A DNA stretch of 64,000 bases from Trichosphaerium sp. ATCC 40318. Taxonomy: Eukaryota; Protista; Tubulinea. A model generated the notes under the pieces. The model saw only the letters and a program-made list of their open reading frames with translations, was not told where the DNA came from and made no database searches. Position 1 is the stretch's first letter. Each line of letters starts with the position of its first letter. Below are positions 11,000 to 24,432 of the stretch, one piece after another. The DNA is taken from the NCBI GenBank assembly GCA_038496445.1, contig JALMLS010000220.1:1-64000 (forward strand), given 5' to 3'. Both the position numbers and the translations under genes were made by a program.

Positions 11000-12257
11000 A
11001 TCGATCAGGCATGCTCCTTTCTCCAGATTTGATGATTTTTTCAGAACTCATCAATTTGGCAATTTGACTTGTACTTTCGTTAGCTGTTTGAACTGCACGT
11101 GAAGAATTAATATAATTAAAAAAGATTGCTTTTGGAGTTTCAGTAGTGTTAGTATAGTTCATGAATTTGGTAACATGCTAGTACGAGAAAACAAGTGTTA
11201 AAACTTTATTTAGTTTTTTGTTTTTTTGGCAAGGCGGTTAATTGATATGCTTCATCTGGCTCACTTGTAACTGAAACCTTACCCTTGTATTTTACAGAAT
11301 AATAGTTGTTACTTGATTCTTTATCTAAATATAAATTAGCCAACATATGTTCATAGTGCAAATAAGACGTACTACAAAAGACAAGAATACGAATTTTACT
11401 CGATTTATAATGTTGTCTTATCACTGGCACTAATTTTCTGTAAGGTCATCACATACTCTGTTTCCTCGTATAGAGTCATGTTAATGACTTTATCATTGTA
11501 AACTTTCTCTAGCCATTGAAGAACTTGGCTTGATGACGTCATCTTCACAACCTTGTTTTCTTATGTAAGCTTGATTTGCACACAGAAGATAACTGATGCT
11601 TACCTTTGTTCCCTTACTTTGTATCTAGCGTAAAGTCTCTATGCTTTTATCGGATGGTAAGGTATCATCAACCCAAATTAAAATTCTCTCTTTAACCTTA
11701 GTCTTAGAAGGAGCCGCGAATTAATCAACTTTTGTTTCAGTAAAATACACAAGAATCTATTTGCACGTGAGCGTTTGATGGTTTTTGGTAAAGTCACCAC
11801 CCTTTGATCTTTTAACAATAGCATAGTGTGAATCGTATCCAACCTATGTACGTTTATTACTAGCATGTAAAAAAAACGACCAAACAACCTTGCATCCTTT
11901 ATTTTGACTAGTCATATCAGTGGCTGGGTAAGGATCTCCCATCATTACCCACAATATAAGAGTACATTTCTCACGCGATGAATCGTCACAGAAATGTGCA
12001 CCTAGCCATGAGTTGTTAGATTAAATTGCAACAAGAATTCTTCTTACCATTCTCAGGATTCTGCGTTAAGCAGATACGCGTACAATATTCTCAGTACGTC
12101 ATTTTCTCTCTGTATCATCCTTATGGCTATTATTGCCACTTAACGCAAAAGTGTAAAAAACCCACAAGTTACATTTTGAGGAATACGTTACCGTTCTTAA
12201 TGCGTAAATGACGCGAAACCGGCGCTTTAGGCGTACAATTACACAATGTATGCACCA
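11000..12257 (-). pseudogene. Degenerate PARP/ART-like fragment fused to a receiver-like domain; in-frame TAG at 11625-11627 (limits approximate)
   Basis: Exons read CTLILWVMMGDPYPATD...K|VGYDSHYAIVKR (resembles an ART-domain C-terminal half) and ERILIWVDDTLPS...LR*IQSKGTK|VVKMTSSSQVLQWL...IRILVFCS (receiver-like). Confidence 0.4.
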
Positions 12258-12478
12258 TAACCGCATTTAACGAAGGCGTTACTAGTGTTTAACACACTTA
12301 TTGTCGCGTAATGACTCAGCAATCATTTGCCAAAAAAAAACTCCGCTCACTGCTTATTTTCGTAAATTCATGCATTCTCAATTGAAACCCATTGCTCCAG
12401 TCGGCACACGAAATGAGTTCACAAACGTACTATTGTGCAATGTGAAACTTTTTATTTGAGTTTTGCCAAGTTGCTGTT

Positions 12479-12928
12479 CTAGTACACTCTACTGACCCAT
12501 TTGCAGTCGTTTACACGCGCAATACAGTCATTAGTATAGTCCCACCCAAATCGCTCCTGTTTGTAAGCTAGGCCATGCTCATTTGGTGGTTCGTGTCTGT
12601 TAAGCTGCAATTGGTAGGCAACTCGCTGCCCTTGGAACATCTCGCTTACTTCGTAATAGCAAGCAACGAGAACGTTTCCAGGTACGGACCCAGCACCTGG
12701 ATACCAGCGTGTGTGGTAGTTTTCGATCTCCATTTCTACTAGTCTGGTGTGTCGAGTGTTGAAACGAGCTTGAGCATCTTCCACGCTAACGTAACCGAAG
12801 CGGCTATCATAGATAAACCAACCTCGGGACCTTGCGGCTTTGGCTAGGTTATATTTTGGGCAGCTTTGTACGTGGCAATAAACTGCTACGAACAACGCAA
12901 AGAGTACAAGGATAGTTTTAGTAAGCAT
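12479..12928 (-). CDS. Intronless secreted protein of unknown function (149 aa)
   Basis: Clean ORF with a signal peptide (MLTKTILVLFALFVAVYC) and several Cys. No family recognised. Confidence 0.65.
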   Translation of the reverse strand: MLTKTILVLFALFVAVYCHVQSCPKYNLAKAARSRGWFIYDSRFGYVSVEDAQARFNTRHTRLVEMEIENYHTRWYPGAGSVPGNVLVACYYEVSEMFQGQRVAYQLQLNRHEPPNEHGLAYKQERFGWDYTNDCIARVNDCKWVSRVY

Positions 12929-13165
12929 TGTGCTTAAAAGGTAATCTCCTATTATGCTCGAAGTCAGTAAAAGTCGTATGGGTAGTTTTGCTTCATCAAC
13001 TCGAAATCTAGTTTTTTGTAAAGTTGGACAAGTCCATACGAGAGTTGCTGAAGGGTTTCACTGTTCACCGTTTCTTATGTTTTGTGTAGCGTACTAGACA
13101 ACGTAAACTTCATTTTGTACTTTTATTTGCTACACTAAAAACAGTGCTGGCACGTGACATCAAAT

Positions 13166-14174
13166 TTACATGTGTTTTTCCCATGGCTTTACACCATTAA
13201 GCAAACAACACAGAACAAGCTCATGGCCGAAAGGACGAGAGGTATCGTTGTAGCAATCATCTAAGGACTTCTTTTCACCAATATAATCATATCCATCATA
13301 TCCCTTAACAGACGTTAACTACAAAGAAAAGAAGTATTTTTTTGTTATAGTCGTACTACTATTTGTATATTGTATCCACTGTCTCTGAGTGCTACAAGCT
13401 TCTTCCAAGCTTCAGTTTTTACAACATACTCAGCATAAATAGGGCAATATATTCTACCACGTGCTACACCATACGTAAGTCGTGAACCTTGCCATAACGA
13501 AAAAAGAGGTTTATTCTTGTTCGGTCCTTTACTCTTTTTAACATGCCTTTTTGGAAAGAGTTAGCTTTGTCCTATTCCATAAAAATATAAGCCTTACCGA
13601 TGCGGCTTTGGGTCAGCGAAACCTTTCTTTCTCCTGTCAAAAAATAATGGTATTATGCCCCCATTTGAGTCAACTTCTCCTTCCCACACTTTACTAAATT
13701 GCCACAGGTTTTCTAACAATAGGAAAAAAGTTAACATATGCGAATGTTCTTTCCCGACAATGTACCTAGGTTCTACAGAAACAGTTACTCTACAATGCAA
13801 CATAAATCCTACGTACTGTAGCTATTGGTGCATCTTCTTTATGTTTTATTGGTCCTAGCTTCATTGGCGATAACTGCTTGAACACTCCAGGAGCACTTGA
13901 ACAACAATTGATATTCTAAAGAAAAAGTTGTTAAAAAAAAGCTAAAAAAGATAAAACTGGAGATTACCTTGTAGCCATCAACCTTTGGCCATGGTTTTGT
14001 TCTACGTATACAATGAGCACGCACTAATCCTTTTGTTTTATTAGCAACATTCTTTTCTTTAGCAGCCTCCACAGTAACAGCATGTGCGTCTCTTATAGCC
14101 TGGAGTTTTTTCTCATGAGTTGTTTTTTGCTTCTTTGTCGAACTTGATTTGCTCTTCTTAGCTTTTCGCTTCAT
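13166..14174 (-). CDS. DUF6939-like conserved protein (bacterial/giant-virus-type family), multi-exon
   Basis: Motifs LSPMKLGP, LENLWQFSKV, YGVARGRIYCPIYAEYV...AWKKL, NIQIV|GYDG...D.SRPFGHELVLCCLL. Lys-rich N-terminus. Confidence 0.6.
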
Positions 14175-14556
14175 TATCTTCTTTTATAACTGATGCGTTG
14201 ATATAGTTGTAAACGTATTATGTTGAAAATAACTGAAAAGAAAAGTTAACAACTTTGCAGTTCCAATGAAAAATTCACTGAACAAAACAAAACAACTGAT
14301 TTTTCACGTGAGAAACAAACCATGCAAGACCTATTCATTTAAAATATAGAGCCGGATCCTAAGTATAATATCAACCTTCAACCTATTGTTTAGGTACCCA
14401 TGAAACAAGCAATAGAAAGCTAAACCAGCTGATTCTGTTTTTATGTAACTTTTTTTTTTAATATTAACGTACAATACTCTTTACAAAGAAAAAAAAACCC
14501 CTATGTTCTTCTATCTAGAACTATTTCCAAACAACCATCCCCTTATTACTTTAAGC

Positions 14557-17500
14557 CTAATGTGTATCATCACCACCTGTGTTCGGATGAAGACCACCAA
14601 TACCATCTCCAGGAGGATGATTTTGTAGATTAGGAGTTTGGTTTAAACCAGGTACATTTGTACCACCAAGAGTTGTCCCTCCGTTGCCTAGATGAGATAT
14701 AGGCTACACAAAGAAAGTAAGAAAAAGGAAAAAAACATATATAACATCTATAGCGACCTGTTTTCTGGAAGGCCAAAAGTTCAAACTCAAAAAAATGAAG
14801 AAAAAAGGCGTACTGAGGCTGAATGATGAACAGGTTGATACATCGATACATTATTACCAAATACCAAATTCGGACCACTTCCGGAGTACATCTGAGGTGC
14901 TTGTGGAGTATTATCTACAACACGAGGATCTGGTACAGCTAGAAGAAAAAAAACTGTCAAAAAAGCGAACAGCGATATAGAAAAAAATAAGAAAACGTAC
15001 AACTCATTCCAGGCATCGCAGAGTATCCACTGTGACCATACCCATGACCACCTTGTGGTCGATAACCATGTTGCATACCACCAGGAAGCTGTCCCATTTG
15101 TTGAGACGCAGGAGACATTTGATAATGAGAAGCCATTGACTCATAACCTTGAGGCTGAGTTGGCTTAGGCATCAAGTTACCTCCAAGAGAATTAACACTA
15201 CCAAGCTGAGCGCCTGTCATTTGCCCAAGGCCAGTAGGTGGCTGAACAAAAGATGTAGGCGGTTGCATTTGACTGAATGTCGTTGACGGTTGGACAGGCA
15301 TCGTAGGTTGTTGTTGTGGAGGTAAAGTCGAAACGCTTGAAGGAACTTGTTGCAATCCAAAGGATTGCGAAGGTGCCGGCATATTCATTGGTCTAAAGTT
15401 CCATTCAGGTGTTTGTCCAATACCTGTACTAGTAGGCGGTTGTGTAGCGCTTAGTCCATGATGTTGTGGATTCTGCATCTGTTGTTGTACAATACGTTGA
15501 GGTGTTTGATTAGAAACAACAAGACGCTGTGGAGGCATCTGTTGTTGTTGAGCATGACCAACAGTACTGCCAATAGTTTGTTCAGTAGTAAGTTGTGATT
15601 GTACAGCAGATGGTGTTGAAGAAGGAGCAGAAGGTTGTTGCTTCTTAGCATCAGCAGCAGGATTAGATGTGAAAAACTTTATCTGGAACTGTTGCTGTCC
15701 TGGTGCAGATGTCACAGGTGAAGATTTAGCTGCTAATGAAGCTGCGGCTGCAGCTGCAGCCTGTTCGTTGTTGTTTACAAACTTTAGAGGTTCCTTCTTT
15801 GTCTTCTTAACATTGAACTTTATCTTTGTCTGTTGTTTGCTTTGGTGATACTTTGTGCAACGATCAGCATGAGGTAGGCTCGCAATAAGTTCAGCAATAA
15901 CAGGATTGCCATAACCAAAATACTCTGGACCAGAAACTGAAGATCTCTTAGCACTATCTTGCTTTGCAGCTGAAACACGCTTCAGAATTATTCCCCAAGC
16001 TTTACTGGCAGAGTCTGCAATGGCAGGATGTTCAGTATCATCAGAAGGAATCACCTAATAATCACGTGTTAGCCAAAAAAAAAAGAAGAATCTAAAATTG
16101 TGACTTGATCGTTTTTTGAAGTTTCAACGTTATAAAGCCACGTGATAATTCATGAACGTGTAATGAACATATTAGCCTATATGACTTGTTTACGTACACG
16201 AAATTGTGGCTTATCACCACCATCGATAATCTCACACTCATATTTACATTTCTTGCTTGGATTTACCGTACTCGTGTACTCTCTAATACTCTTGAATCCC
16301 AAAGGCCAAATATACTTTTCAGAATGAAACGTAGGTCTATCTGTAACAATAGCACCCAAGCATTCAATAGTAAGCACACCCATCTTTACAGGAAATATAA
16401 CAGAACCATCAGGGTTACGCTTTATGCTGTTCTCAAACTGGAAGAAGAAAAAAGTAAGAAAAAAAGAACAACCAAAAAAAAAAGCAAACAATACGTACCT
16501 TTCGTTTCTTTTTACCGTCGCCAGTTTTTGTAGCACGTTTTCGTTTTTTACCTGCTGTCTTCGTCTTATCTGTACTTGATGATTGACTTGATTTAGGCTT
16601 TACTTGACCAAACTCTATTATGGTCTTTATACAATAGTTTGCCCGTTTCCAAAGCACGTGATCCTTTGGAAAGTCCATAACAGCAGCAAACTTTCCACGC
16701 TTCTGATTAGCAGCTAAAGTAGCTTTACTCTTCTTGTCAGAAGAGGCTTCACCATTAGCACCTTCAGAGGGTTTATCAATATCCATCCCATCAGCCTTAA
16801 AAACACTTCCGTCAAACAAACAAAATCATAAAGCTAAAAAAACTGATGCGTTACCTCATCAGATTCATCCCATTTTCCTTGAGCCTTTAGACGTTCTTCT
16901 GCAACTGATCTGAACGGTAAGTCTTTATCTTCACACATTTCCTCAAGTTTCCCATAACCGTGTTTATCCAAACTATACAACAAACCTATAAAGAGTAAGA
17001 CTCACAAAAAATAAAAGAAAAAAAAAAAGAAAATAAAGAAAATCTATTTGCGCAGAATGTGGGTTACCTTCATCATGAACACGAGGTTTCCACCAATCAG
17101 GAAGTCCAGCAGTCTTATTGATACCAGTCAAACGTTTTGTAATATCTTCCTTAGAGAACAAGAAGACTTTCAATCGGAGATTACTAAACAAAGAGATACG
17201 ATCCAATGCACGCTTTGCTTGAGTAACAGATAATCCAATATCAATCCTCTCAGCAGCATTAGCATCCTTACGATCACTATCAACCTTATCAAACTTTATC
17301 TCCCGACACTGAATGATAAACTCACGGTAATACCGTAAAATCTGTTCAAGATTTTTGTTACCAAGTTTTGCCTCTTTCTTGACAAACTCAAAGTCATAGT
17401 CTGGTTTATCATCAACACCACGTTTACAAGGAACACCATGAGTAATAATAACCTTATAAAAGTCAGACTTTTCTCTCTTTGACCAATTTCTTTTCAGAGC

Positions 17501-20500
17501 AGCATTTCTCTCTTCTTTCTTTTTGTTCTTCATTTCCTTTATAGCAAGACGCTCAACTTTCTTCTTCTCATTAGCTTGATGTCTAAGCAACTTATCAAAC
17601 ACCTTAAGTAAATGTTTAAGCCTATGTGTTAAGTTCTTCGCTGTAGGCCAAACAGGTAAGTTATCAACGTTCTTATCTTCTTCTTTTTCTTCTTCTTTGA
17701 CAACTTCCTTTGGTGGCTCTTCTTCTAAATCACTATCTGTCATTTCAGCTTCTTCTTCCTCTTCACCATCTTCAGGATTTAGAATAGCAGGTTTAGGCTT
17801 TGTTTTCTTCTTAGGTCGCTTTGGTTTCGTATAAAAAACTCGCCCTTTAAACCAAAATTCAGGGTCTTCTCGAACAAGCTCATATCGTCCAAATCCATGC
17901 TTGTTAGTACCACGCAAAAGTTCGATGTCATGAAACTGTGTCCACCTACAGTTTAATAAGTATATAGGATATTCAAAAAGCGAATAAAAAGAACTCAATG
18001 AGAAAGTTACAAAACAAGGTAATTGCTCTTAGTTTTCTTATTTTTTTCTTTTGTTATTGCTCCTGGTACTGAGGCTGGTTGATAGGAGTTAACGTTTTCG
18101 TGCCGTACCATTTGTGTTCACCAAAATCTCCTGCTTTAGGGAATGAATCAAAAGCACCAAATTCTGTGCGAACAAGTCGTCCAATCTTGCTCATGTTTTC
18201 TAAGCGTTTTATGAAAGGCTTCGCTTCCGATTTTAGTTGCTTCAAAAACTTTTCCGAAACCAGAGTTTTGTGCTCGTAGAATTTAGTCTCTAATAGTAAA
18301 CAGTAAGATAAACACCTATAAATACTAGTTCGAACAGAAAGTGATAAACTTGAAACGCAATAATTTGGTGTGTTGTACTTACCGTCCTCTTCTGGTTCTT
18401 CGGTCTTTGAAGTGACATTCAACTTGACTACAAGCTTGGGTAGCCTTGTTGGTGTTGTAGGGGCACCAGCATTGTCTGAAGACCCTTCTGCATTATCACC
18501 AGAGGAAGAAGCTCCTTCAGAAGCAGGTGCTACTTGAGGAGTAGCAATAGAAGGTTGCTCTGGTTTTGGTTGTGTTGGATCAATTTTCGTTTTATCATCT
18601 TCTACCGGCGCTTCTGTACTTGTTAAGCCAGCGTTAGCATCACCCGACTTTGGTACATCAATGTCCATAGGATCTGGTTTGACTTCAGAAGTTTGATCAA
18701 CAGTCGCTTCAGTCTTTACTTCAGTTGCTTGGCCAGCGGGCGCTTGAGGAGCATCCTGCTTAGTTGCATCTGGAGCAACTGCACCAACACTTGGTTCTTC
18801 CTTCACAGCGACATCAGGTTTTACCTCAGGGACAGAAGGAGTTTCACTCTTTACTGCAGTTGTATTTTCAGTGCTAGGTTCAGTCTTCACTTCGCCTTTC
18901 TCTTCACCCTTATCCGCACTTTTGGCACCTTCCTCAGTTTTGACTTCAGGTTCGCCAGCACGTTTTGTTTCAGGTGGAGGTTGCACAAAAGGTCCAAGCT
19001 TCTTACGACGTGCTAAGAGTTTCTTATCATCCTCTGTTTCAAGGTTTGTAATCTTTGGAAGACACTCATTATCATCCCTGCAAATAAAGAAATTAGAATA
19101 ACATACAAAACAATATACTTTAAATCAAAGAAACGATCAGATTATTTTTCCTCACTGCACGTGAGCACAAAAACCAAAAAAAAAAGAGATACGTATTATC
19201 ACTTACACTTCCAGTATTTTAAAGCATTTATGAACCATAGCCCTAGCATATAGCTCAATATCTTTTTTAGATTTAATCGTTAGTTTAGACATCTTTTGTA
19301 TGTCATCCCAACGACCATAACCATAAGTAGCCATTGCTCTCTTAAACCGACTTCGATCAGCAGAAATCCACTCTGAAGCTCCAGTAACACGAGCCTTTGA
19401 TGCACCAGGTGCAGCACCGCGAATTTCGTCGTCATCAGAGAAAGCATCATCTTGGTGTTCATAATCAGAAGCACCTAGATGAAAAGAAAACGTTAACACA
19501 AGGGTAATTGATATTGCATTTTTTTTGCTTACCGGCAGAATCAGACGACATTGCATCGTAATCAACCTCAAATAGCTGCTTTCTTGTACGTGGTTCTATC
19601 ATAGATCCCATAAGCGGTTTATTAGCTTGTTCAGGCATAATCTTCTTCCAGAAATCAGGATCATCTACATCAATGCCAGGAGCTACAAAAAAATGTCAAA
19701 AACACTAATTAACCATAAAGTAATCATAACGTACCTGATTTATCAGCAGAGAACGAGGCAGTAGAAAAGGTACCACCACCACCAGTCTGCTTATGAACAA
19801 TATTAAGAGTCCTGCGAGACAATATAGAGTCAATATCCTCTTCACAGAACTGCTCAGACTCTTTATCTCCTTCCCTGAAGATATCATATGCACCATACTT
19901 CAGCAACGAATCAACTTGCTTAGTGCTTAGCGCAGCTTTACCAGACTTTCCAAACTCCAGTCCGCCACCAGTTTTAGAAGCATTGTTAAGCTTAGACAGG
20001 ACAGCATGATCCAAACCAAGCTTTTTTGAAGCTTGTTCAAACATGATCCTTTCGTATGTTTTTCGAGTTATAAGCCTGTAAACCTTAACCTTCTTTGTCT
20101 GTCCAATACGATGACATCTGGCCTGAGCTTGTAAATCATTTTGTGGATTCCAATCACTATCAAATATGATAACAGTATCAGCAGCAGTTAGGTTAATACC
20201 AACACCACCAGCTCTTGTACACAAAAGGAATACAAATCGGTCAGAATCTTTTTTGCAAAATCTATCAATTGACGCTTGGCGATCATTTCCTCTTACTGAT
20301 CCATCAATACGTTCAAACTTCCATCGTCTGTAATTAAGATAATCTTCAAGAATATCCAGAACACGAACCTAAGCAGACACATGTGAATAAACGCGACATA
20401 CAGTCTTTAGGTTGAAGCCACGTACCATTTGAGAAAAAATTAAGATTTTGTGACCTTCTTTGTGCAGTTTTGGAAGCAACTTATCAATAAGTACGAGCTT

Positions 20501-23500
20501 TCCACTAGCTTGAATAACAGCGCTATTAAGTTAATTAAAGTTAGACATAGGGTGTAGAAAGAAATAAGTACAACGTACTGAAAAATATCGTCAACAGAAG
20601 TTTTGCCTTCAAGCTCACGATCTTCAACACCTCTGATAAGGAAAGGATGATTACAGCATTTACGAAGCTCCATCATAATATTCAATAACGAAGGTAAGTT
20701 CTTGGCTAATCAAGAAAGTCAGTAAAGCAATAGCTCTTACAAAAAAAATTGAACAAGAAACTACTATGCAAGTGTTTGTTAACGTACATTTTGCTCCGCC
20801 ATCCAAGTGCTCAAAGTTTCTCTCATGAATTGCACGATAATATTTTTTCTGAACTGTGGTCAGTTCTACTTCAATAATAGTCTCTTCTTTCGGTGGCACT
20901 GATTTCTCAACGTCCTACAACAAATTAAAAAAAAAAACAAACCAAAACAACACAAACGCTTACTTCTTTCATTCTACGGAGTAAATAAGGCTTCAATACT
21001 TTATGCAACTCCTCAACTTGAGCATGATCCTTAAGTTCACCAAACTTCTCCATGAAATCATCAAGCTCTCTACAAACGAAACCTGTCAGCAACAACACCT
21101 CTTTGTCTCAGAAATCTTTCAAAAAACATACGGGAATGAAGCAGCATCAAGAATATTCAACAAACTCCATAACTCAGCTGTATTATTTTGTAGAGGTGTA
21201 CCTAAAATAAAATATAAGAATCAAGAGAGGTGATTTTGTACAAAGAAAAAGGTTTGTTCGAAAACAGAACACTTGTACTGTACCTGTTAACAGCGTTATG
21301 TGATCATATTCTAGAGTCTTTAACGCAGTAAACAGACGACATTCCCTGTTTTTAAGCCTATGAGCCTCGTCTACAATGACATACTTCCAACGAATTTTAT
21401 CAAAGGTAGTACGAGCATTTAAAACCATCTCGTATGTAGTAACAACTACTTCGAACTTGTACACATCATCCTTTATTTTCTTGCCCTTTAAAAAACAACA
21501 ATCAATACGCAATAAATACAACAGACGAGAATGCACACTAGAGATAACATACCTGCTTATCACGAAAGAAGAATTCATAAAATTCAATAAACTTTCTCGA
21601 TTCTAAGTTACCGTGGAAAACAAATGTATTAAGATCAGTCCATTCCTTAAACTCTCTCTCCCAATTACGGACAGCTAAAAAGAAAATCAACTTCCCTTTC
21701 TACCCGCAGCAGCAGCATAAAAAGAAACAAAAAACGCACTTGACAAAGGAACAATAACAAGGAAAGGTCCACGCATTTGATGGAACGTCTTCAGGTATTG
21801 AAAAATACTAATACTTTGAATGGTCTTACCAAGTCCCATCTCATCTGAAAGAAGCATTAATTGTTTAACCAATCACCTTAGTAGGTACCTGCAAGAATAC
21901 TATTAATACCATGATACCAGCAATAAACAAGCCAGTTCAAACCAGTATGCTGATAAGAACGTAATGTATTATCGTTATTGAATCTAAAAAAAAAAGAAAA
22001 CTCATTAGCATGATAACCTTTACTCAAGATAACGCACTTAACAGCGCCTTCTGGAACATCATCAAACTCGTCTTCATCTGGTTGAGGTTTATCTTCCATA
22101 TATTCTTCAGGAGGTAATCTATTACGGTGTGCAAACTGAGCTATAGCCATATCATCCTAAAACAAAGTGAGTAAATAACAATTCAAAAAAAAATTAAACG
22201 TGAAGATCTTGTCCGACAATATCGAACAGATTGAGTTACCTTAATATCGGATTCATTCTCCCAAGTACTATCCTTGTACGGTAAAGAGTTCCACTTAACC
22301 AGATAGTATAATCCATTTGGTGTTTCTCTAGAGTCCAGAACTCTATCAACCTCGCTGTAGTATGGATTAAAAGGCTCTTCTGGATCCAAAAGAGGCCACT
22401 TTTTCAAAAAGCGAATAAGCCTTGAACGTCCAAATTTCTGACTTTCAATCCGTTGAGCTGATACCCACTTACAATGAATATAAGATTTACCCTGTATCAA
22501 CGTCAGATAAAAGAACAGTGTCGACGAAATAATAAATTTTTTTGGATTTTCAGAAACTTCACTTGCCTTCCATTTTACATAGTATTGATATTCTGATACT
22601 TTCTCCTCAACACCATATTCTTCTGCTCCACGTCTACGTAGAATAGAAGAATTTGCAAGCTCTTTGATAGGTGAATCAGCACTTATTTGTTTAGGTGGAT
22701 ACCGACAGGCAATAATCTTTTCAATACGCTAAACAACAATTAATTAGCAAACAAAAAAAAAGCCAATTAAAAAAACGTGATCGTACGTCTTCGATTGTTA
22801 CTATTTGAGGTACAAACTTTGGTACACCATCTAAAGCAGCTTCAATATCATCTTCAATGTTGTAACCCATTTTTTTAGCTTGTTTCACCTCCTCCTCATC
22901 GTCATCACCAAACTTGCGCAACGAGTTAAAATTCACAAAAAAAATAGAATGCAAAAGATTACCTCAGCGTAGTTGACCTTATTACGCGAACTACGTTTTG
23001 CTCGCCCATAGTTATCAAAGTTTACTTCTTCAGGAGTTAATTTACGTTTCTGTCCAACGTGCATCTCCATAGTCTTCACTTTTCGACGCTTTGGTTCCGG
23101 CCTGCAAAAAAATAAAAAAAAACAAACAAAAAAAAAACATCTATACAAACGGTTGACTGCTAAAAACTATGCCCACGTACGCATAACCATAATCTACACC
23201 ATCTGAATCTTCTTCTACGAAACTATCTGAATCAGACTGAACAATAGGCGCCCTTTAATAGAACGTTAATGGCATTGGTTCTGAGAAAAAAAAAAGTTTT
23301 GGTTGAAGTCTCTTTTTCGCAGTATTTCTTTGCGTTAAACCTGTATACTTACCTCTTTTTCGGTTTCGCCTGTGTCTTGGCTCTCTTTTTAGGTGGTTTC
23401 TTAATCGTTACCTTTGGACGACCTCGTGAAGCCTTCACTTTTAATTTTATTGGTGCTCTTGGCTGAGGAGCAGGTACATGCTCATCTTCATCGTCATAGT

Positions 23501-23985
23501 CACCGAAGTTGTCGTAGAAGTTATCGACTTGCATGTGATCGTCTTCATTATCTATGAAATCATCCTCATCAGACGCGCTGTTCCTGAGAGGATCGTAGTC
23601 GTCATCCTACAGCGGGATTTGTGAGATTTAAAGAAAAAAAATAAAACATTCTGCAACTTGGTGAGATTTTTGTTATGAGTTTTTCAAAAATACAAAGAAG
23701 CGCGGGTAATAGCATTTATTTGCATGCTGAGTGGTTCTGTTGCATAAAACTAAACGAAAAAGTGGTAATTAACTTGCTACAAAGCTTAAATGTGAAGCAA
23801 ACAAAAGATCTGGTCTGATTACGAGCAGATGTGAGTATTAGTTCCAAAAGGCGTTGTACCTCTTCGATATTGTCTCTGTTAATGTAATTGGACGAGCGCT
23901 GCTTGTTTGAACGCGCTGGTCGCGGTGGGGGCGGGTTGTACAAGTCTTCGTTATAATCTTCGTCGTAGGTGTAGCCGTAGTCCAT
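14557..23985 (-). CDS. CHD-family (CHD6-9-like) SNF2 chromatin remodeler with double chromodomain and C-terminal FYRN/FYRC domains
   Basis: Chromodomains (YVKWK|GKSYIHCKW; [16 protein letters not shown]), LRSYQ, ILA|[77 protein letters not shown]-like region, FYRN ([11 protein letters not shown]...CEI) and FYRC (SGPEYFGY). Confidence 0.92.
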
Positions 23986-24432
23986 TATCAAAGTGACTTC
24001 AACTAGGCGGCAAGAATTGTCGTGTGTGTTTGTTAGTGCGCTATTAAATCAGGTACATGTCCAAAGCAACAAGATCCGCAAAGCTAAGCCAAATTTCAGT
24101 TGTATGGCCTCAGATTAATCAAAAAATGGTTGTGCTGGGAAAAACAGCCTTGAATTTCAGTAAAATAATCGTACAACAATAAAAAAGATGACCCTCATTC
24201 TTTTCGTTTTGTAACAGCGTCATTTGTGTCATAGTACTTTTGTTTATAACGTACATCAATAGCCATTTTGAATACTGTAAAAGTTTTTAAAGAACTCTTA
24301 CATTTGACGTCTGTAAAAGGAAAGTTGTATTCTCTTATTAAGTTTATTTTAGGGTTTTTACAGAAAATCATCACCTGTCACGCTTTGGGACATTGAAAAA
24401 TGTTTTCATATAGTACTACATTCATCTATTGC

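Noticed and set aside
11625-11627. In-frame TAG (and in-frame TAA/TGA near 3030-3045) suggesting stop-codon reassignment
   Set aside because: TAA, TAG and TGA all terminate conserved genes here and none interrupts the conserved exons I translated. Pseudogenisation is the simpler explanation.
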